Position numbers and translations under genes: made by a program. The notes under the pieces are model-generated. The model was given only the letters and a program-made list of their open reading frames with translations. It did not search any database and was not told the origin of the DNA. From Ophelia neglecta (taxonomy: Eukaryota), in NCBI GenBank assembly GCA_965285935.1, contig OZ260662.1:118234001-118298000 (forward strand): 64,000 nt of DNA, in the 5' to 3' direction. Position 1 is the stretch's first letter. Each line of letters begins with the position of its first letter. Positions 54,140 through 64,000 of this stretch are shown here, in pieces.

Positions 54140-56520
54140 ATGTAGTGACACCAATGAAGCATTGGTAGGTAGTCTTTAACAGGATATGCTTAAAATGTCG
54201 AACAAGTGATAATACACCAGTGGCTCTTTCCAATGCAAACTTAGTTTATTTGGCCCAGAAATTAATTATCTTGAAACTCGTAACTTAAGGGACTTTTCCC
54301 CCTTCCTTTAATAACATAATTATAATACACAAATTGTGGATATAAGTCTTTTACAAGTCGACAGGATACACGAAAGTTAATAATAGACACGAGGAAATAA
54401 TTTTACCCCACAATTCAAATACTTGAAGAAAAAATGGGTCACCAGGCTATTTTTTCAAATAATCAAAACCTATGTTAAAGATAGATGAACCACGAATTAA
54501 CTAATTAAAAGAACTTCTGGCTATTCCTTGATTATCCTAAGTCAGTGTTTTCAAGGAATACCCTGGCTCTTTAGGTGAGACTTCATTTTTTTGCCTCAGG
54601 TAAACTATGCACAGAATTTTACCGATGCATTTTTATAACTTTAACTAAAACAGAGGGGCCAATATGTCTTATTTGGGGCGATGACATATGAGAAATGATC
54701 TTTAGGTTTATAGAAACAACATTTTTCAAATAAAGTCCTTCATGTTATGTGTCTACCTGTAAGTGACCAAATAAGTTTCGGCTGTTCTAAATTGTTATTC
54801 CTATATCATGAAAGCATGGGAGAATCCTCCCTTAAGGCAAGTTTCGCTATCTTTTCTGGTTTATTTAAATGATAATTAGCTTAGAGAATCTGCATGTGAT
54901 CAATAGCTCTGGTAAACTGCCATACAGTTGACTATATACTCACACGACCAGCGATGACTATGGCGTTACAATGATCTTTAAAATAACACAAGCACCTGTA
55001 TATTTAGACACATATGCCCTCATCCCATGATGGGAAGGTTCGTTAGTCTTTTTAAACAATTTAGCTTAAAACGTGTGTTATTCTATACGCGAATGTATTA
55101 AAGCGGTCCTCACGCATGGTGATATGTAAGAGTGGCCATGCGAACGGCTGCCAGGCAAACCATGTGATTTTCTTGCCTTGTCGCCCTAAAAAACATCTTC
55201 CACACCCACACCATGCCCTGTTCTTCCCAGCGAAGAAGCCGGTTATATTGATTGTACTCATTAAAGTGGCTTGTAAAATATTCCTGATCATTTTTAGAGA
55301 ACAAAACGACTTGACTGACAGAATGCTCTGGCTTTGTCCACGGTGCGTCAAAGGTGACTTACAGCAACAATGGAATGAATAAAGGGTTCGACGCTATTCG
55401 ACAGAAGGACACGATCGACTTTATAGTGAGAATGCTTTATTCCTGTATCTATGATAATGTCATTGTTACCAGGAGAGTCCAGGTTGAGGGTAAGTTCATG
55501 TAATCCAAGTTAATGTTAAAATTGCAATATCCAATTATCAATTTTTTAGCGTCAATTTTATTAATAAGAATACCATATGTTCAACTTTCTGATACATCTA
55601 TCAACATAAGGCAGTTTAAGCCGAAGTTATGTTGGACGAAATACCACTTTTCTGTGGAATATCCTTGACTTCAAGTTTCATAGGCCGCTTGTATGTGAAG
55701 ACAGAGACAGTTACACTCCGTTACACTTGAAAAACGTATCATGAATATATCGTCGCGGGGAATAACGAAGAAAAATGTAAAAGTGGTTTTTGATTTGGAC
55801 ACGAAAGGCTTTGGATTTTTATTTATAAACGTAATCTAACAAAACACAGTTGTAAACAGCTAGGGCGAAAGCAATACTTGGCATCATATTCACCAAAGCT
55901 ATTTGTATAAGTACCTTTATTATACCTCAATCCCATATTTAAATAGATTATGTTCAGTTTTGATTGCATAATGAGCAGACACAGAGCCACTGTCAGTTTA
56001 AACGATAAAAGAATGAATGCGCCCGACCGCCAATGATGTACATTTGGCATTGAAGTGTATCAAAGCATGCAACCACGACGAATGAACCCATCATTATAAT
56101 ACCAGTTTGTTTATAAGTTGAGAAGTTTAAAGTCACCCCGGAATTAACATGTGCAACGGATACTTTTTGCCGCAGGTATTATCGATATTGCTGTTTATGT
56201 TCAAACTCTTGATTTAACAAATTATGGTTTTTAATACTGCATTGGTTCACGGCATTGATGAGACCATGAACAATGGAATGTACAAACAACATAGTAGATG
56301 AGTAATTGTAGAACTAAATAATGAAATGTGAAATAGTGACCACCCTAAAGGATGCTTTGTTATGCAGGGTAAGAGGCTTGAACCGGTGAATTATGTTCCG
56401 CGCTGCACTGCGGTACTGCGGTGCTTGCTTGACGTGCAGTGGCCATGTGTTACGAGTTATGCGTATGTTCAACGATCAAAGAAACAATGTACAAATTAAA
56501 ACAATGGAAGGATGAAGATC
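54140..56520 (-). mobile_element. Decayed transposase copy, near-complete, closest to 37430-39810
   Basis: LERATG ~54220, PGD ~54436, core ~54755, THAP-like ~56401. Confidence 0.62.
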
Positions 56521-57039
56521 AGCTTTATATGTTTGTATTTGACGCTTATTTGTTACTTTGAGATTATACTTAATTCAAATATTTTGTTCAGGCTATTCAT
56601 TTTTCAAATGTTCCATACCATTTACGCGGACATTTTGGTATCATGTGATCAGTGCCAGTATCGTTGAACGTGATACATTGGCCCAGTATGGTGGCAATAT
56701 CCCTTTACTGAATTGTTTTACATCATTAGAGAAATAGAACTAGCTTTAATATATCTCACAATAGTATACTACATTACACATTATGTACTTCGGATATCAT
56801 GTTACATTAAACATTTAATTAGAATTTTACCACACATGGATATTAGTATACTACATTTCAAAGAAATACATGAATTCGCCGGATGAACCACTACACGGTT
56901 TCTTACCTGCCATGCCTGCGGCAGGGAAATCATTGACTAAATTGGTCACGCATGCCCAGTGATGGTTCAGGCAGACCCGCTTCTTAACCAATGTACACAA
57001 CATAGATGGCGATATGCCTCATTATCAGATTATAGCCCT

Positions 57040-58090
57040 TGGCAGACGACGCTCGTGTTGGTTCGTCCTAAGGTGCTACAGAAGACAACTTATTTCTTTG
57101 TAGTTTTGAAACGGGAACCGTTAGGAGCTAAAACCCCAGGGAGATCGTAGCCAGCGGATGAGACTAGAAATAAAGTGACGAGGTATCACGAGAGCGATGA
57201 CAATTCTTCAACACAATATCCGATGACACCCGCTCACAGTGCTGAAGCCTGGCTGGAAATTGAGAGGACCCACTTGCCTTGGTTCATACTGATGGGTACG
57301 AGATACACTCTGACCGTCTCGGATGTGATAAAAAATCTACGATATTGAAGAAGGACCATTTGATACGAGGGAAAAACAAACGCATACTCGTCCTCGATAT
57401 TTACACTTTAATGTGGTGCCTAAATACAATGGTAATAGTCGGCTTTCATGATAGTGTTTGTACCGAAGGGTCATCAGCTACATCTAAGCTTAGCGATGTA
57501 ACTGCATTTCTTTAGATATGAGTCTAAAGTTTGACATATGGACGGCCGCTGGCATTGATCTAATAGAGCAATGCTTAAAGTTTCCACTGCAATCTTGCAT
57601 TCAATCAGTGACCTGGAACACATGTTAAAATTAAACTCGTTTATTGACTTAGGCCTGATTTATGTAAATAGGGGGCAGTGAGGTGCAACGAGGCATCTGA
57701 ATTTTTTCAAGGACGTGTTAATTATTTGCCTATATTAACCTCTCAGTGGTTTAACAGGAAACAAGCCGTCTTCCTGGCAGGAGGCGAAGTTGAAAATTAC
57801 ATTGATAAAATTGGCGTGATATGCAGTAATTTAATAGAGGTCCGGATGGCTTTTGTGTTGACTGAATTTATCAAATTCTTCGGTGTAGTTCGGTGTAGAT
57901 CATGTACTTTAATACTATCGAAGAATTCATTCCAGCCTGAACAAGCTTTTCTTATGCCACCATGTGAACCCTCCCCTTAATCTGTCTAACCTCATTGGTG
58001 CTTTGTCTCTTGCCTTTTAAACAACTCGGAATTCGTCGCTCGAGAAAATCGCACAGCAAATCAGTCAAAACCGACAGTTTGCGCCGTGAA
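57040..58090 (+). pseudogene. Decayed SWIM-YqaJ gene, type 2, convergent with the transposase (representative copy)
   Basis: Composite motifs across copies, in order: MADD (intact ATG at 41608), VTRYHE, PDHIY, THLPWLIL + TDGYEIHS (cf. PWVIxxxDGxVxxAHC), ILSLQEPFA, DLIEQC, SQWFN..SRL, GLVRCRSC (cf. DGLVxCxCCG). Other copies ~26730-27510, 30185-30880, 36425-37330, 41608-42400, 49245-50355, 53790-54040, 61475-62580. Confidence 0.55.
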
Positions 58091-58189
58091 TTCTAGTTAT
58101 AAAGACAAAATATGTCTTCTTCACTAAAATGTATTGATTCGTATCTATAGTATAGATTTAACATAAAATAGTTCGGATATTGTACTAAA

Positions 58190-60920
58190 ATGTAGTGACA
58201 CCGATGAAGCTTAGGAAGGTGGTCTTTAACAGGATATGCTAAAAATGTCGAACAAGTGATCATAAATCAGTAGCTGTTTCCAATGCAAATTTAGTTTATT
58301 TGGCCCAGAAATTAATTATCTTGAAACTCGTAACTTAAGGAACTTTCCCCCCTTGCTTTAATAACATAATTATAATACACAATTGGTGGATATAAGTCTT
58401 TTACAAGTCGACAGGATACACGAAAGTTGATAAAAGACACGAGGAAATAAGTTTACCCCACAATTCAATTACTTGAAGAAAAAATGGGTCACCAGGCTAT
58501 TTTTTCTAATAATCAAAACCTGTGGTAAAGATAGATGAACCACGAATTAACTAATTAAAAGAACGTCTGACTATTCCTTGATTATCCTAAGTCATTGTTT
58601 ACAAAGAATACCCTGTCTCTTAAGGTGAGACTTCATTTTATTGCCTCATTTAAACTATGAACACAATTTTAATGATGCATTTTTATAATTTTAACTATAA
58701 CAGAGGGGCCAATATGTCTAATTTGGGGCTAAGACCTATGAGAAATGATATTTAGGTTTATGGACACAACATTTTTCAAATAAAGGTCTTCATGTTATGT
58801 GTCTACCTGTAAATGACCAAATAAGTTTCGGCTGCTCTAAATTGTAATCCCTATATCATGAAAGCATGGGAGAATCCTCCCTTAAGGCAAGTTTCGCTAT
58901 CTTTTCTGGTTTATTTAAATGATATTTAGCTTGGAGAATCTGCATGTGATCAATAGCACTGGTAAACTGCCATACAGTTGACTATATACTCACACGACCA
59001 GCGATGACTATGGCGTTACAATGATCCTTAGAATAACACAAGCGCCTGTATATATAGACACTTATGTCTACATCCCATGATGGCAAGATTCGTCATACTT
59101 TTTAAACGAGTTAGCTTAAAACGTGTGATATTCTATATGCGGTCCTCGCGCATGGGGATATGTAAGAGTGGCCATGCGAACGGCTGCCATGCAAACCATG
59201 AGTTTTTCGTGACTGGTCACCCTAAAAAACATCGTCCACACAAACACCATGCCCTGTTCTTCCCAACAAAGAAGCCGGTAATATTTATTATACTCATTAA
59301 AGCGGCTTATAAATTTTCCTTATCATTATTAGAGAACAAAACGACTCGATTGACACACTGCTCTAGCTGTGTCCACGGTGCGTCAAAGGTGACTTGCAGC
59401 AAAAAAGGAATGAATAAAAAGTTCGACGCTATTCGACAGAAGGGCACGATCGACTTTATAGTGAGTATGTTTTATTCCTGTATCCATGACAATGTCCAGG
59501 TTGAGGGTAAGTTCATGTTATCCAAGTTAATGGGAAAATTTCAATATCCAATTATCAATTTTTTAGCGTCATAGCATGTATTTGAATAAGAATACCATAT
59601 GTTCAACTTTCTGATATATCAATCAACATTAGGCAGCTTAAGCCGAAGTTATTTTGAGAAAAATGCCACTTTTCTCTGGGATCTTCTTGATTTTAAGTTG
59701 AATTGGCCGCTTGTATGTGAAGACAGTGACGGTAACGCTGTGATACACTTGAAAAACATGTCATGAATATATCAATATTGATATATCAATCAACATCAGG
59801 CAGCTTAAGACGAAGTTATGTGGGAAAAATACCACTTTGCTTTGGGATATCCGTGACGTCAAGTTTAATTGGCCGCTTGTATGTGAAGACACTGATGGTA
59901 ACGCTTTGATATACTTGAAAAACATTTCATGAATGTATCATCGCGGAGAATAACGATAAAAAATATTAAATTGGTTTTGATTTGAACATAAAAAGGCTTA
60001 GGATTTTCATTTATAAATGTTCGTCAGGTTTTCGTGACTGGTCACCCTAAAAAACATCGTCCACACCCACACCATGCCAAAAAATGTCACCTTTCTCTGG
60101 GATAGCCTTGATTTCAAATTTGACTGGCTGCTTGTATATCATCGCGGAGAAAAACGAAGAAAAATGTAAAAGTGTTTTTTTGATTTGAACACAAAAGGCT
60201 TTGGATTTTCATTTATACATGAAACCTATAAAAACACAGGAACTTACAGTTGTAAGCAGCTAGGACGAAAAGCAATACTTGGCATCATATTTTCTCAAGC
60301 TATTTGTATAATTTCCTTAAGTATACCTCAATCCCATATTTGAATATATTACGTGTAGTTTTTATTGCATAATGAGCAGACACAGAGCCCCAGTCAGTTT
60401 AAACGATAAAAGAATGAATGCGCCCGACCGCCAATGATGTACATTTGGCATCGAAGTGGATCAAAGAATGCAACCAAGACAAATGAACTCATCATTAAAA
60501 TACCAGTTTGTTTATAAGTTGAAAAGTTTAATGTCAACCCGGAATTAACATGTGTAATGGATACTTTTTGCAGCAGGTATAATCGATATTGTTTTATTTA
60601 TGTTCAAACTCTTGATTTACCAAATTATGGTTTTTAATACTACATTTCTCACGGCATTGCTGAGGCCATGAACAATGGAATGTATAAACAACATAATTGA
60701 TCACTAATTGGAGAACAAAATAATGAAATGTGAATTAGTAAACACCCTTAATGATGCATTGTAATGCGGGTTAAGAGGCTTGAACCGGAGAATCATCTTC
60801 CGCGCTGCACTGCGGTACTGCGGTGCTTGCTTGACGTGCAGTGGCCATGTGTTACGAGTTATGCGTTTGTTCAACGATCAAAAAAACAATGCACAAATTA
60901 ATACAATGGAAGGATGAACA
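58190..60920 (-). mobile_element. Decayed transposase copy with internal duplications at 59.6-60.2 kb
   Basis: C-terminal module ~58270, PGD ~58486, core ~58804, THAP-like ~60802. Confidence 0.6.
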
Positions 60921-62579
60921 TCAGCTTTATGCGTTAGTTTGTATTTGAAGTTTATTTGTTACTTTGAGATTATACTTAATTCAAATATTTTGTTCAGGCT
61001 TTTCATTTTTCAAATGTTCAATACCATTTACGCGGACATTTTGGTAGCATGTGATCAGTGCCAGTATCGTTTAACGTAAGTGATACATTGGCTCAGTATG
61101 GTGGCAATATCCACTTACTGAATTGTTTTACATCATTAGAGAAATAGAACTAGCTTTTATATATCTCACAATAGAATACTACATTACACATTATATACTT
61201 TGGATATCATGTTACTTTAAACATTTAATTCGAATTTTACCGCACATGGATATTAGTATACTACATTTCAAAGAAATACATGAATTCGCCGGATGAACCA
61301 CTACACGCTGTGGTGTCTTGAACCACAGCAGGTTTCTTAACTGCCATGCGTGCGGCAGGGAAATCATTGACTAAATGGGTCACGCATGCCCAGTGATGGT
61401 TCAGGCAGACCCGCTACTTAACCAATGTACACAACATAGATGGCGATATGCCTCATTATCAGATTATAGCCCTTGGCAGACGACGCTCGTGTTGGTTCGT
61501 CCTAAGGTGCTACAGAAGACAACTTATTTCTTTGTAGTTTTGAAACGGGAACCGTTAGGAGCTAAAACCCCAGGGAGATCGTAGCCAGCGGATGAGACTA
61601 GAAATAAAGTGACGAGGTATCACGAGAGCGATGACAATTCTTCAACACAATATCCGATGGCACCCGCTCACAGTGTTGAAGCCTGGCTGGAAATTGAGAG
61701 GACCCACTTGCCTTGGTTGATACTGATGGGTGCGCGATACACTCAGTCCATCTTGGATTTGAACAAAAATCTACGATATTGAAGAAGGACCATTTGATAC
61801 GAGGGCAAAATAATTGCATACTCATCCTCGATATTTACACTTTAATTTGGTGCCGAAATACAATGGTAAGAGTCGGCTTTGATGATAGTGTTTGTACCGC
61901 AGGGTCATCAGCTACATCTAAGCTTAGCGATGTAACTGCATCTCTTTAGATATGAGTCTAAAGTTTGACATATGGACGGCCGCTGGCATTGATCTAAAAG
62001 AGCAATGCCTAAAGATTCCACTGCAATATTGCATTTAATCAGTGACCTGGAACACATGTTAAAATTAATCTCGTTGATTGACTTTGGCCTTTTTGTATGT
62101 AAATAAGGTGCAGTGACGTGCAACGACGCATCTCATTTTTTTCAAGGACGTGTTAATTATATGCCTATCTTAACCTTTCAGTGGTTTAACAGGAAGCAAG
62201 CCGTCTTCCTGGGAGGAGGCGAAGTTGAAAATTACATTGATAAAAATTGCGTGATATGCAGTAATGTAATAGAGGTCCACAAGGCTTTTGTGTTGACTGA
62301 ATTTATCAAATTGTTCGGTGTCGATCATGTACATTGATACCATCGAAGAATTCATTCCTGCTGAATTTATCAAATTGTTCGGCTTAGTTCGGTGTAGATC
62401 ATGTACTTTAATACCATCGTAGAATTCATTCAAGCCTGAACAAGCTTTTCTTCTGCCACCATGTGAACTCTCACCTTAATCTGTCTAACCTCATTGGTGC
62501 TTTGTCTCTTGCCTTTTAAACAACTCGGAACTCGTCGCTCGACAAAATCACACAGCAAAACAGTCAAAACCGTCAGTTT

Positions 62580-64000
62580 AGATTACACCACAATAAAATT
62601 ACTTGAAGAAAAACATGGGCCACCAGGCTATTTTTTCCAATAATCAAAACCTATGGTAAAGATAGAGGAGCCACGAATTTGCTAATTAAAAGTACTTCTG
62701 GCTATTCCTTGATTATCCTAAGTCAGTGTTTACAAGGAATACCCTGGTTCTTTAGGTGAGACTTCATTTTATAGCCTCATGTAAGCTATGTACACAATTT
62801 TACCGATGCATTTTTATAACTTTAACTAAAACAGAGGGTCAAATATGTCTAATTTGGTGCGATGACCTATGAGAAATGATCTTTAGGTTTATGGACACAA
62901 CATTTTTCAAATTAAGGTCTTCATGTTATGTGTCTACCTGTAAATGACCAAATAAGTTTCGGCTGTTCTAAATTGTTATCACCATCACATGAAATCATGG
63001 GAGAATCCTCCCCTAAAATGGTAAGTTTCGCTATCTTTTCTGGTTTATTTAAATGATAATTAGCTTGGAAAATCGGTATGTGATCAATAGCGATGGAAAA
63101 CTGCCATACAGCATACTATATACTCACACGACCAGCGATGACTATGGCGTTACAATGATTCTTAGAATAACACAAGCGCCTGTATATATAGACACTTATG
63201 CCCACATCCCATGATGGCAAGGTTTGTTAGACTTTTTAAAAGGGTTAGCTTAAAATGTGTGTTATTCTATATGCGGTCCTCGCGCATGGTGATATGTAAG
63301 AGTGGCCAAGCGAACGGCTGCCATGCAAACCATGAGTTTTTCGTGACTGGTCACACTAAAAACATCGTCCACACAAACACCATGCCCTGTTCTTCCCAGC
63401 AAAGAAGCCAGTAATATTTATTATACTCATTAAAGCGGCTTTTAAATTTTCCTGATCATTATTAGAGAACAAAACGACTCGACTGACACACTGCTCTAGC
63501 TGTGTCCACGGTGCGTCAAAGGTGACTTGCAGCAAAAAAGGAATAAAAAAACGGGTCGACGCTATTCGACAGAAGGACACGATCGACTTTATAGTGAGTA
63601 TGTTTTATTCCTGTATCCATGACAATGTCCAGGTTGAGGGTAAGTTCATGTTATCCAAGTTAATGGTAAAATTTCAATATCCAATTATCCTTTTTTTAGC
63701 GTCATAGCATGCATTTGAATAAGAATAGCATATGATCAACTTTCTGATATATCAATCAACGTTAGGCAGCTTAAGCCGAAGTTATGTGGAGAAAAATGCC
63801 ACTTTTCTCTTGGATCTTCTTGATTTTAAGTTTAATTGGCCGCTTGTATGTGAAGACAGTGACGGTAACGCTGTGATACACTTGAAAAACATGTCATGAA
63901 TATATCAATATTGATATATCAATCAATATCAGGCAGCTTAAGACGAAGTTATGTGGGAAAAATACCACTTTGCTTTGGGATATCCGTGACATCAAGTTTA
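62580..64000 (-). mobile_element. Decayed transposase copy cut by the window end
   Basis: PGD module ~62618, core ~62935, YTGF module ~63405. Confidence 0.58.

Larger units (their letters stand above)
26030..64000. repeat. ~38-kb same-orientation, module-shuffled tandem macro-array (units ~3.5-6 kb) built from decayed DNA-transposon pieces; continues past the window end
   Basis: Marker gac.ctatt.gacagaagg.cac at ~28553, 32238, 32910, 38687, 43392, 46076, 51646, 55390, 59424, 63558; marker cgctgcactgcg..actgcgg at ~29527, 33937, 39691, 44411, 47069, 52411, 56401, 60802; marker tacctgtaa.tgaccaaataagtttc at ~27932, 31620, 38051, 42759, 51011, 54755, 58804, 62935; all on the same strand. Confidence 0.97.

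Noticed and set aside
59077-59574. 165-aa + strand ORF (CKSGHANGCHANH...) recurring in array units as a possible novel protein or THAP domain
   Set aside because: It is broken differently in other copies and lies antisense to the YTGF-containing region of the transposase relic; best read as a shadow frame.
26030-64000. CRISPR array, endogenous virus concatemer or multi-exon host gene cluster
   Set aside because: No short repeat-spacer periodicity and no viral hallmark motifs recognised; splice-like sites occur on both strands without giving a coherent frame, whereas transposase/YqaJ motifs appear in the correct order.

Overview
AT-rich eukaryotic (probably invertebrate metazoan) genomic DNA with spliceosomal introns. 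1-16 kb: a head-to-head pair of paralogous ankyrin-repeat genes. Each has a small, homologous first coding exon starting MGSxCNK (predicted N-myristoylation plus palmitoylation), which can splice in phase 1 to one giant ankyrin exon. The + strand gene ends in a divergent SOCS box and a poly-Ser tail; the - strand gene is frameshifted at ~402. 16-25.6 kb: mostly non-coding, with small repeats and a LINE fragment. ~25.6-64 kb (runs off the window): a ~38 kb same-orientation, module-shuffled tandem array of about 8-10 units. The short ORFs listed for it are mostly wrong-frame or antisense shadows. Hand translation across frameshifts recovers ordered motifs of a THAP/HTH/DDE_Tnp_4-type transposase (- strand) and three different SWIM-YqaJ (lambda-exonuclease-like) genes. 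I interpret the array as decayed pieces of several ISL2EU/Harbinger-related DNA transposons amplified in tandem after their decay. All protein family calls come from manual motif recognition, not database searches; array coordinates are approximate.
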